From positions 1 through 60,565 of the IMG/VR virus record IMGVR_UViG_3300003690_000008: 60,565 nucleotides of DNA; one strand, given 5' to 3'. The translations under genes were made by a program, and so were the position numbers. Below are positions 40,601 through 49,848 of this stretch, piece after piece (the first letter of the stretch is position 1; every line of letters starts with the position of its first letter). The notes beneath the pieces are model-generated. The model did not search any database. It had not been told where the DNA came from and saw only the letters and a list, made by a program, of their open reading frames with translations. Source of the DNA: a virus. Its lineage: Duplodnaviria; Caudoviricetes.

Positions 40601-43600
40601 ATGCCGCAAATTGTAGACAACTTCGGTAACCCGATAGCAAGCGAACGTCCCGTTACGCTTGACTACAAGCCAGGCATACGCCACATCTGGGGACGCAATC
40701 CCCGAGACTTGCCGCTGTTTAGTTTTCAAACTATTCAGTACATGATGATCGACCAGACTATCCGCCTTGGCCTTGCCATGCGAATGGCCCCGATATGTTC
40801 GGCAGAATTTGCCTATCGAGAGCAAGGGGAGTGGAAGTCCGGTGTCAAAGCAGACAACCCGGAAGTTGCTGATTTCGTCGAGCGTCAGCTAGAGCGGATA
40901 TGGCGTCACGACGTAGCAAAGATACTGGCAGCGCAAGTCTGGGGGTGGTCCGCTGGCGAGGTGATGTATAAGGTCGTCGGCAACCGCATTGAGTTCGACA
41001 CGATCCTAGAACGACACTCACGAGATGTTAGGACAGTGAGATGGAAGGGCCGTGTTGTCGGCGTTGAAGTACTCCGCCTGCAAGAAGGAAAAGATAAAGT
41101 CCGCCTCGGCCTGCCAGGGAAAGCGTTCTGGCATAGCTTTGATACGGAGGCCGGAAAGGATTACGGACGGAGTGTACTTATAGGCCCGTATTCAGCATGG
41201 GCCGACAAATGGCTGGAAGGTGGTGCCCTTGACGTTAGGCGTCTCTACATGCACGCCGATGCCTACGCTGGCCGGAGGATCGGATATCCGCCGGGAACCA
41301 CGGAGATACCAGGGGAAGGCGACGTTCCCAACCGCGACGTAGCCAGGGAAATGGCCGAGCAATACAAGTCCGGCGACGTGATGGTTTACCCGCAGGTGTG
41401 GGACGAGGACGGCAAGCCGCTGTGGGATATTCAAGACGCAAAGGTTCACAGCAACCCGTCGCATATTCTCCAATACCCAAAAGACCTGGACATTGAAATG
41501 CTTCGCGGGATGGAGATACCGGACGAAGTTGTCACGAGCATGGGTGGCGGCGGCGCTTGGCAGGGAAAGCAAGTTCCGATGCAAGCGTTTTACAACGGCC
41601 TAAACCTATGGGGCAATGCGGTCGTCAAGGTCGTGGTCACGCAAATCCTAGAGCCTCTTGTTAAATGGAACTTTGGCGAGGACGAGGCATTCGAGGCCAA
41701 CATGAAGCCTTTGGATATTCAGGCCATGGAATCGCAGGGGGCGAATCAGCAGCAGCAAGGTCCGATGGGGCCAGCCACCGGAGGATTCGGGCAAGAGCAG
41801 CCAGGAGGATTCGGGCAAGAGCAGCCAGGAGGATTCGGGCAAGAGGCCGGAGGGTTCGGCCAGGAAGCCATCGGCCAGGAGCAGAACGGAAATGGAGTTC
41901 CATTCCCCGGAGCAAGTCAGAGGTTCGCACTGAATCCAGTGAGGGCCGTTGGTGAGGGCGTTCTAAGCGCGGCTCAATTAGTTCAGGCTGCCAATGAAGT
42001 TATCGAAAGGAACACTAACGGCCATACCGAAGCACGATATGATCCCATCCCACAGCCGGCGATTCGGATAGAACACGTCGCCGTTGCCGTGGAGCAGAAT
42101 GACTCCACTAAGCCGGGCGGAGAAGTCCACGAGTACAGCAGCTTGATTTGTCCTCTGCCGCTAGAGTTGGCTATGTCGATCAGGGAGATGTCATCTCGAA
42201 TTGACGGAAGTGATTTTACCGACGAAGGCACTGAGGACGAGCCGCACATAACATTGAAGTATGGATTGCATTGTGAAACCGATGAAGCGGTGCGTCACGT
42301 ACTAAAGGACGTGGAGCCGATCTTAGTCATGTTTGGCAAGACATCTATATTCGAGTGCGACGAATGCGATGTAGTCAAGGTTGAAGTAGAGAGCCAGTCA
42401 TTAGATGACATCAACAAGCTGATCAGCGATGCCATCCCAAATACAGACACATATCCAGAGTATATACCTCACGCGACTGTAGCTCGTGTATTACGCGACA
42501 CCGGTTATAAGTACGAAGACATGGATGACCTGGAAGGAAAAACAGCAACCATAAGTCAAGTTACCTTCAGTGGAAAAACCGGAATCACCAGCGTGATTGA
42601 ATTGAGCGGCAGGACTCGTATGGCAGTTGAAGATTGGAACTTCAACAAGGGTCCACGCGGCGGTTCGGTTTGGACCAACGTCAAGACTGGAGAGATACGT
42701 CGTCAAAAAGAAAACCCAGGCGGAAAGCGAAGAAAAAAAAAACCAGAAAGCACATCCAATAGAAGACAGAAAAAGGAACCGACAGCCAATGCAACCACAA
42801 AACTAATGGATGAATTGGCATCGGGACTGGAAGAATCTCTGGGGTTTCCAAGAGACATGGCTATTCAGTACATCAAGCAAATGAGCGGAGCGGGCCGACA
42901 TGTGCTAAAGGGAACAAGTAAAGGAATGACCACCAAGCAAGCTCTATTTGGTTATGCAAATGCAATAGGAATGCCATCGCAGGATTTTGTGCGCGAGGGT
43001 GGTGTGTATGATTTCGAGGAAGGATATGCGGATAGCATTGTAGACGACGATATGCACAAAGAACTTTCTGAATGGACAGACGCTCTTAACGAGAAAGAAA
43101 GAGATGCGGTAATGGCTTACGCGACAGGGTCGCCGATAAATAAATCCTTACGCGAGTGCCCCGACGAAATGGACTGTCTTGATGAGGAAGAGAAGGATGT
43201 TCATAGCCATCTCGAAAAAATTATCGACAAAGCTAATGGGCTATCAGAACCAATGTTAGCATGGCGAGGCGTTGGCGGAAAACAAGCCGCTCTTGTGGTT
43301 GACCAGATGAAGAAGGCGATATCCGAAGGCAAGACAATGCACATGAACGGCATTCAGTCGTTTTCGGTTGATCCTACTGTAGCGGCGTTATATGTCGACG
43401 ATGCCCAAGAGGGGGTGGTGTTTGAGGTAATGTGCAAAAGCGGTGCTTACGTTGCGAGCATGAGTTTCGACCCTAATGAACGCGAGCTATTGCATGGTCA
43501 CGGCCAGCGTTATCGCCCGTTGAGAGTATTAAAGGATGTGGCATTTAGCAGTGGAAATCAGAAAAGTCTAGTTACAGTCATCCAAATGGAGCAGCTATGA
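40601..43600 (+). CDS. portal protein (DUF935/Mu gp29-like) fused to 2H phosphoesterase, GPRGG tag and ADP-ribosyltransferase
   Basis: WGWSAGEVMY, YGRSVL, ILEPLVKWNFG (portal); PHITL and PHATV (2H); WRG, QSFS and ERE (R-S-E ART). Confidence 0.85.
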   Translation: MPQIVDNFGNPIASERPVTLDYKPGIRHIWGRNPRDLPLFSFQTIQYMMIDQTIRLGLAMRMAPICSAEFAYREQGEWKSGVKADNPEVADFVERQLERIWRHDVAKILAAQVWGWSAGEVMYKVVGNRIEFDTILERHSRDVRTVRWKGRVVGVEVLRLQEGKDKVRLGLPGKAFWHSFDTEAGKDYGRSVLIGPYSAWADKWLEGGALDVRRLYMHADAYAGRRIGYPPGTTEIPGEGDVPNRDVAREMAEQYKSGDVMVYPQVWDEDGKPLWDIQDAKVHSNPSHILQYPKDLDIEMLRGMEIPDEVVTSMGGGGAWQGKQVPMQAFYNGLNLWGNAVVKVVVTQILEPLVKWNFGEDEAFEANMKPLDIQAMESQGANQQQQGPMGPATGGFGQEQPGGFGQEQPGGFGQEAGGFGQEAIGQEQNGNGVPFPGASQRFALNPVRAVGEGVLSAAQLVQAANEVIERNTNGHTEARYDPIPQPAIRIEHVAVAVEQNDSTKPGGEVHEYSSLICPLPLELAMSIREMSSRIDGSDFTDEGTEDEPHITLKYGLHCETDEAVRHVLKDVEPILVMFGKTSIFECDECDVVKVEVESQSLDDINKLISDAIPNTDTYPEYIPHATVARVLRDTGYKYEDMDDLEGKTATISQVTFSGKTGITSVIELSGRTRMAVEDWNFNKGPRGGSVWTNVKTGEIRRQKENPGGKRRKKKPESTSNRRQKKEPTANATTKLMDELASGLEESLGFPRDMAIQYIKQMSGAGRHVLKGTSKGMTTKQALFGYANAIGMPSQDFVREGGVYDFEEGYADSIVDDDMHKELSEWTDALNEKERDAVMAYATGSPINKSLRECPDEMDCLDEEEKDVHSHLEKIIDKANGLSEPMLAWRGVGGKQAALVVDQMKKAISEGKTMHMNGIQSFSVDPTVAALYVDDAQEGVVFEVMCKSGAYVASMSFDPNERELLHGHGQRYRPLRVLKDVAFSSGNQKSLVTVIQMEQL
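41780..41884 (+). repeat. coding tandem repeat GGFGQEQP (24-bp unit, 2 perfect + 3 degenerate)
   Basis: ggaggattcgggcaagagcagcca repeated in the portal linker. Confidence 0.9.
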
Positions 43601-44835
43601 GGGGTGACAGATTTAATGCCGAAGGCGACTCGATTTCCATCGAGGACAATCCGCCCGCAGTCGCTGCGGTCCAAGGCCGCATGGCAGCCAGGAAAGGAGA
43701 GCCGTCGTCCGCTAATCCTTACAAAGATAAACTAGATGATAGAACTATTATGTGGCACGCTGGGTGGAAGTCGGGGCAAATTAAAACAATGGCAGTCGAA
43801 GACTGGAACTTCACTCGCGGTCCTCGCGGCGGCTCAGTCTGGAGCAACGTAAGAACCGGAGAGGTCAGACATCAGAAAGAAAACCCAGGCGGCAACGGGT
43901 CCATTAAGAGTGCCGATGACCCCGAGGAGCCAAAGCGACCGCCAGTAAAAGACAAGCCTCGATCAACTAAACGTCGGGCTGTACGAGGCGAGTTATTTGA
44001 TGCAACGGTCCAAGGAAAAGGAAAGACCAAGAAGATATTTCTCGCAAACGGAGAGCCAGCACCCAGCCACATCCAAGAGGTTGCCGCTGCCATTCAACCG
44101 GGCTGGACCAACATAAAGATTACAGTGGACCCAGAGTCGGATTTAGTTGCCACTGGGGTTGATAGCAAGGGCCGCACGGTTCCGGTTTACACCACCAAGT
44201 TCAAAGCACGCAATGCGGAAAGCAAACGATCTCGCGTATCAGAGTTGATGCAAAAGAAGTCAGCGATCTTAGAGCAGATCGACAAGGCAACACAAAACAG
44301 TAATCCCGCCATCAAGACATCAGCCGACATTCTTTCGTTGATTGCATCCACTGGATTGAGGACCGGAAGCACTCGGGATACAAAGGCCGATAAACAGGCG
44401 TATGGAGCGACCACTCTCTTGGGCCGTCATGTATTCAGCACCCCACGCGGCGTGAGGCTGAAGTTCACAGGCAAGAAGGGCGTTCCACGTAGCGTGCTTG
44501 TAAAAGACGAAAAACTTGCTAACATGTTGTTAAAGAGAAAGCGAGCCGCCGGAAAGAAGGGAAGATTATTTTCGGTCAGCGCCGGCACGGTACAGAAGTA
44601 TGCCAGGAGCCTTGATGGTGGGAAGTTTATGCCGAAGGACTTCCGCACGATGCTAGGTACGGAATCAGCGGTCAATCTTTTGTCGTCCGCAAGGCCGGCT
44701 AGGGACGAACAGGACTACAGAAAGAAAGTAAATGCCATCGGAGATAAGGTTGCGAAGATACTCGGCAACACCAGAAAAGTTGCACTGCAAAGTTACATCG
44801 ACCCTACGGTATTCGGAAAACTGATGCCAACATGA
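43597..44835 (+). CDS. RMF-like leader + GPRGG tag + DNA topoisomerase IB
   Basis: ATGVDSKGR, GLRTG, YGATTL..RH, FTGKKG, KDFRT, LGNT, SYIDP catalytic set. Confidence 0.9.
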   Translation: MRGDRFNAEGDSISIEDNPPAVAAVQGRMAARKGEPSSANPYKDKLDDRTIMWHAGWKSGQIKTMAVEDWNFTRGPRGGSVWSNVRTGEVRHQKENPGGNGSIKSADDPEEPKRPPVKDKPRSTKRRAVRGELFDATVQGKGKTKKIFLANGEPAPSHIQEVAAAIQPGWTNIKITVDPESDLVATGVDSKGRTVPVYTTKFKARNAESKRSRVSELMQKKSAILEQIDKATQNSNPAIKTSADILSLIASTGLRTGSTRDTKADKQAYGATTLLGRHVFSTPRGVRLKFTGKKGVPRSVLVKDEKLANMLLKRKRAAGKKGRLFSVSAGTVQKYARSLDGGKFMPKDFRTMLGTESAVNLLSSARPARDEQDYRKKVNAIGDKVAKILGNTRKVALQSYIDPTVFGKLMPT

Positions 44836-45044
44836 CTCACGACAAAAACGACCCGTTCGGCACTGGCTCCCCCGTTGTCTTTGTCGGTCCCAAGAAGGAC
44901 TGGCGAGACAATCCCGATGTAGCCAACGAGACCGACCCAGACGATGAACTGTTAAGTAAAACTCCCGAGGACGTAGTTGCCATCCTTGGATTCGACCCCC
45001 TGGATGCCGACACAGGGGACGAAGATGATGGTAGCAACATCTAA
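44832..45044 (+). CDS. 70-aa acidic protein (possible Topo IB partner)
   Basis: ATGA-coupled to the topo gene; DDELLSKTPEDVVAILGFDP. Confidence 0.6.
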   Translation: MTHDKNDPFGTGSPVVFVGPKKDWRDNPDVANETDPDDELLSKTPEDVVAILGFDPLDADTGDEDDGSNI

Positions 45045-48000
45045 TATCGCCGACTCAATGTGTGCCGAAATAGATTCGGGAGACTGGCACCCATTTCTCG
45101 ATCAGCATTCCCATACCCGCTGGAAGAACGTCCGCACCGGTGAGATACAGCGTCTCGCCGCCGAGGATTGGTCATCATTCCGAGGTCCTCGCGGCGGCAC
45201 CGGCTGGAAGAATGTTCGCACGGGTAAGGTAAAATACCAGAGAGATCGTCCTGGTGGAAATCGCCCAAAAAGTAAATCTCAACCAGAAAAACGAACACCG
45301 GCAAAATTCACAGGCATAGTCGATGAGTTGAATATACGCGGAAAGGAGAATATTCGATTCAGGAAGGGATTCACAACAAAAGACTATATCGGCGGAATGA
45401 AAGCCGCTGAACGAAGAGGCATTCTCGGCGAGCTACGCAAGCGAGACCTATGGCTAGTCAGTCACCTACTCGTCGACAGTGAAGGAGGGTATCACGGAAC
45501 CAGCGCTGACATACCCACAAGCGACATATCGCACTTCAAGCATCCAGACGAGGTAATTGATAGGGTTGATGAATTCCAGAACGATAACTTATCGGCCATT
45601 GCCGGAAAAATTGGCATGTCGGCTCACGTCCTGAGGGACCAAGTAAACGAAAGTGTGAAAGAGGCCCTCAAGGACGCCTTGCCGTTCATTAGGGTTGAGC
45701 TTCCTGTTGTCAGTAAGATTTTACAATCAGGGAGATTCTTGAGTCAGCACGAAATGGATTTAGCGGCTGGAGAGGACTTCATGGCAGAGGTCAGGAGCGA
45801 TGTGGAGTTGGAAGTAATGGGTGTACCGAGGGGCACCCTGGCTTCATATAGGCCGATATACGGCTACCTATCAAGCCTTCGTCCCGGCGACCCCGGCCCC
45901 AGCGGTCACGCCGACACGACAAGCTATGGTGATGTCGTGGTTGAACTCAAAGAGAATCTTAAAGACCGGTCCACGGTTACATTTCAAGATTCCATGGGTG
46001 CCATGGATACGGGAAACTTCATGGCTACACCAGTAAGCAAGCCCAACATTAGGAGCGTAGATTTAGGTGGAGACGAACTGCCGTACAAAGTTAGAAACAA
46101 AACCGTTGACGGCGACGGATACACCGAGGCGCAAATCCACAACGGTATCTCACTCAAAGACATAGAGAAGGTGTGGTTCGAGTCGTCACCTGATGCCGGC
46201 CTTGCGAAAGAAATGAAAAAGGCCGGGGTGTCGTGGGGCGTTGTCGGAAAGCCTGTCAGTATGGCAGCGGAGGACTGGTCATCCTTCCGTGGCCCTCGCG
46301 GCGGCACCGGCTGGAAGAACGTGCGAACAGGTAAAGTGAAATACCAGAAGGATCGACCTGGAGGCCGAAACGGAAGCGTCGAGAAAACCGGCATTGCCAC
46401 GCAGAGAAAAGAGAGAGTGATCCCAGACATAACCAAGTCCACCAAAAAGGAATACGCCGGGGACATTGATGACTACCTAGGTGGAGAGACGGGACCACTT
46501 GGGTACAAGGAAATGGTGGAGAAATTTGGAGATGAAGCAGTCACGAAGGCATACGCGGACGTGAGAGACAGAGACAAAGAATGGGACAGATACATACGCA
46601 GGGAACTATCGCTAGGGAGGACAACAGAAGACGATGCACGTAAGATCGGGTACTTCAACGCAAGCGGCAGAGCAGTAGAGCCCTTGCCGAAGTACCTGTA
46701 TCACGTCACGACAGCATCAGACTCAATCCTTCGAGATGGACTCAAAACTAGAGACGAGCTAGGACAGAGATCGGGCAAAGGACTCGGGGCCGGGCCAGAC
46801 GATACCATCAGCTTTACAGATAGCCCGAAGATAGCGTCGGGTATTCACCGCGCGATGATTGAAGCCAGGAGCGTTGCTCGTGGAGAGATCAGCGTTCAGG
46901 ATATGCTTGACTACGCCAAACGAGGAGATGGAGTCGGCAAGCCGTGGTTACGTAGACTCGTTCAGAGGTGGGACCCTGAATGGAATGACGGTGACAAGCT
47001 CCCGTTCGGGTTGCAGTTAATAGTAGACGGTCGAGAGCGTGGCACTGGAATGGGGCATCCTCCCCGAGACGGAACCGGATGGGAGCCAGTGGGCGATGGC
47101 ATGTGGGACTGGACACGCAAGCTAGACCCAGATGAAGACAGGGATGAAAGATTTGATTTCTACAAAAGGTTCGCATTTATCCGCGAGGATGCTGGCGGGC
47201 CGCTCGATCCGCTGTTCATGTCCACTGACGTAGGCGCACTGGCCGAGAGTGAACCAGATCAAATACACATCATGCAGTTCAAGCCCAAGCCAAACGCGCA
47301 GGGGTACAAGGTTAGTGCGTTAGGCGAATGGCGGACATGGACCGGTGATGCAGTGGATGTCGTTAGAGGGGACATTGAGAAAACCGGGATCGCCAAAGTC
47401 ATGTCATTCAGGTGGCCTGACGATTGCTACCTCGACTCACCTGTCCGCATGGCAGCCGAGGACTGGCAAGCATTCCGTGGACCACGCGGCGGCACCGGTT
47501 GGAAGAATGTTCGCACAGGTGAGGTTAAATACCAAAAGGATAGGCCAGGTGGTAAAGAGAAACAAGAAGAAGCCAGCGACGAAACGCAATCCAGAAAAAG
47601 GACATCGCGGACCCCCGATGAAGTTCACAAAGAACTACAGTGGGCCATGCATGAGCAACTGAATGCCATCACGGAGTACGGTGCATCTAAAGAGAGAATC
47701 GCTGAGCTATCAAAAATAATAAATAGCATACCACTGCTAGAGATCGAGCTAGAGGAGTCACGCGCGATCAACACTAAATATGGCAATACGATAGTCAATG
47801 GTAACGACAAACTGGAAGCCAGCGACATAAAGCAACTCCAGGAGATCGGAATCAAGTTGTTCGCAAGTAGGGACGAGCAAGACGAATACACAAAGACAGC
47901 CACCCCCAAAGAGTTAATTGGCGCTCCCTTAATGTCTATATCGCCAACCGGAGAAAGAAGCGCAAACCACGAGGCCAGGGTAGAGGTAAAGAAGAAGGTC

Positions 48001-49848
48001 GGCGAAAACATCAGCAATCACTTACTCAAGGAGCTTAGTAGGGACGATATACTTTGGGGTGCTGCCGCAGTATTCACGGCTGTTAGATTTGAGGGGGATA
48101 CGTCTATTGATACTGGTGACCTGGAAACAGAAATGGGCAGTAAAGCATCGCACTTAATGTCATCTGAAACCGAAGAGATAGCATCTATCGCAACCAGGGC
48201 AATAATAAAGACCTGGGCACAGAGTAGCTCTGACAACAACGTGTTGAGTGTGGCGGTTCAATTGGCGGTACAGGAGAAATTTGCCGAGCTATTTGAATCC
48301 GATGTCCAATCTCTTGATTATGTCAACGAAGACGTAAGGCGTGCATCGAAGCATATATACAACAGCAGGAAGCCGTTCTTCGACGCCGTTGTTGGCAAGA
48401 TGTACAGCGACACCCAAGTAGCACTAAAGAACAGCGGCGTCGAAGAGTTGCTGCTATATCGTGGCATGAGCTTTATGACCGAAAAAGACACGCCGGCTGA
48501 AATTAAATCAGCCATGAATAAATCACCAAACTGGAATGATGCGGCGAGTGGTGGACGCATGGGATGGCACACCAAAAGCGGCATCCGGCAGAATCCAATA
48601 TCTTCATGGTCAACCGATTACAAAACTGCCATATCCTTTGCGGGGCAGGGAATTACAGACGCAGAGGCAAGTGTAATGTCAACAGCAACGGTTCCGAGGG
48701 AGAGGATATTCTGCACTTCCTTAACTGGATTTGGTTGCTTGACTGAATCTGAGCTATTGGTTGTTGGCGGCGATCCACTAAACGGAGACGTGACCATCAG
48801 TGATAGCGGCGTGCCGTGGGCCGGACGAGGTACACGAGGTGAGTTCCTTCAGGCAAGTGATCGAGCCAGGCCACTAAGTGAAGGCGAGAAATTATCTCTT
48901 GTTCGCCTTGCTGCCGAGGATTGGAACTACACACGCGGCCCCCGTGGCGGATCGGTTTGGACAAACGTCCGAACAGGAGAGGTGCGACACCAAAAAGAAA
49001 ACCCTGGAGGCAAGGCATCCGCTTCCAAAGAGGAAACCGGAACAAACATCGCTCCCGACAGTCTCCTTTCTCAATTAAAAGATGAGCTTGCGGATACCGG
49101 GATGAGTTCCGCCGACATCGACGTGGCTTTTGGTGGAATGCCGAAGACCGAGCGACAACTGACTCTGGACGTATCGGTAGGGCTGAGCGTCAAGCAATCT
49201 CTAGCAAGACACGCCGCCGCGCTCGGCATGGACAACGAAGATGTTCCTCGCGTATGGAGCGGAGGGCCAGGGGAGAAACTTCATGTCCAAATGTCTAACT
49301 GGATTGATAAAGTTGAGGAGGAAGACGAAGACATGGTAACTAAATACACGGCAGATGGATCACGCGATCTCAATGAAGCGATGAGAGAGTGCCCGGAAGA
49401 ATTGGACTGCCTTGGAGACGAAGATGGTAATATTCTCGAAGGCGTATCGAGGGCTATCAGTGCGGCTGGACTTTTGCCACACACCATGACGGCATGGAGG
49501 GGAGTTCCTGGTGGTGGAGAAAGCGGTAAGGTAATACAGAAAGTCAAAGACGCAATAGAAAACGGACAGACGATAGGGATGAATGGAATTCAGTCATTGT
49601 CCTTTGATCCCGGCACTGCAACTCGGTTTTCTGGATCAAAGGATAGTGCGGTGGTGTTTGAAGTTCGATGCAAGAGCGGGGCTTACGTCGAGGAAGTCGC
49701 GGAGTTACACAATGAGTTTGAATTGCTACATGACCACGGACAGAGATACCGGCCATTGAGGATACTCAACGACGTGCCGTTTGTGCCGAACGAGGCGTTG
49801 CCAGATATGGTCATAAGAAGAACTGTCATTCAAATGGAACAGCTATGA
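45025..49848 (+). CDS. ~1600-aa polyvalent protein: 4 tags, each followed by a cargo (DUF3626-like, H-type ART-like, R-S-E ART, R-S-E ART)
   Basis: RPIYGYL..YGDVVVEL..YTEAQIH; LYHVT...ISFT...GEWR; LYRG...SSWST...ESELLV; WRG...QSLS...EFELL; start uncertain. Confidence 0.85.
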   Translation: MMVATSNIADSMCAEIDSGDWHPFLDQHSHTRWKNVRTGEIQRLAAEDWSSFRGPRGGTGWKNVRTGKVKYQRDRPGGNRPKSKSQPEKRTPAKFTGIVDELNIRGKENIRFRKGFTTKDYIGGMKAAERRGILGELRKRDLWLVSHLLVDSEGGYHGTSADIPTSDISHFKHPDEVIDRVDEFQNDNLSAIAGKIGMSAHVLRDQVNESVKEALKDALPFIRVELPVVSKILQSGRFLSQHEMDLAAGEDFMAEVRSDVELEVMGVPRGTLASYRPIYGYLSSLRPGDPGPSGHADTTSYGDVVVELKENLKDRSTVTFQDSMGAMDTGNFMATPVSKPNIRSVDLGGDELPYKVRNKTVDGDGYTEAQIHNGISLKDIEKVWFESSPDAGLAKEMKKAGVSWGVVGKPVSMAAEDWSSFRGPRGGTGWKNVRTGKVKYQKDRPGGRNGSVEKTGIATQRKERVIPDITKSTKKEYAGDIDDYLGGETGPLGYKEMVEKFGDEAVTKAYADVRDRDKEWDRYIRRELSLGRTTEDDARKIGYFNASGRAVEPLPKYLYHVTTASDSILRDGLKTRDELGQRSGKGLGAGPDDTISFTDSPKIASGIHRAMIEARSVARGEISVQDMLDYAKRGDGVGKPWLRRLVQRWDPEWNDGDKLPFGLQLIVDGRERGTGMGHPPRDGTGWEPVGDGMWDWTRKLDPDEDRDERFDFYKRFAFIREDAGGPLDPLFMSTDVGALAESEPDQIHIMQFKPKPNAQGYKVSALGEWRTWTGDAVDVVRGDIEKTGIAKVMSFRWPDDCYLDSPVRMAAEDWQAFRGPRGGTGWKNVRTGEVKYQKDRPGGKEKQEEASDETQSRKRTSRTPDEVHKELQWAMHEQLNAITEYGASKERIAELSKIINSIPLLEIELEESRAINTKYGNTIVNGNDKLEASDIKQLQEIGIKLFASRDEQDEYTKTATPKELIGAPLMSISPTGERSANHEARVEVKKKVGENISNHLLKELSRDDILWGAAAVFTAVRFEGDTSIDTGDLETEMGSKASHLMSSETEEIASIATRAIIKTWAQSSSDNNVLSVAVQLAVQEKFAELFESDVQSLDYVNEDVRRASKHIYNSRKPFFDAVVGKMYSDTQVALKNSGVEELLLYRGMSFMTEKDTPAEIKSAMNKSPNWNDAASGGRMGWHTKSGIRQNPISSWSTDYKTAISFAGQGITDAEASVMSTATVPRERIFCTSLTGFGCLTESELLVVGGDPLNGDVTISDSGVPWAGRGTRGEFLQASDRARPLSEGEKLSLVRLAAEDWNYTRGPRGGSVWTNVRTGEVRHQKENPGGKASASKEETGTNIAPDSLLSQLKDELADTGMSSADIDVAFGGMPKTERQLTLDVSVGLSVKQSLARHAAALGMDNEDVPRVWSGGPGEKLHVQMSNWIDKVEEEDEDMVTKYTADGSRDLNEAMRECPEELDCLGDEDGNILEGVSRAISAAGLLPHTMTAWRGVPGGGESGKVIQKVKDAIENGQTIGMNGIQSLSFDPGTATRFSGSKDSAVVFEVRCKSGAYVEEVAELHNEFELLHDHGQRYRPLRILNDVPFVPNEALPDMVIRRTVIQMEQL

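Noticed and set aside
45025-49848. Inteins in the polyprotein
   Set aside because: No Hint motifs (N-terminal C, TxxH, terminal HN) were seen
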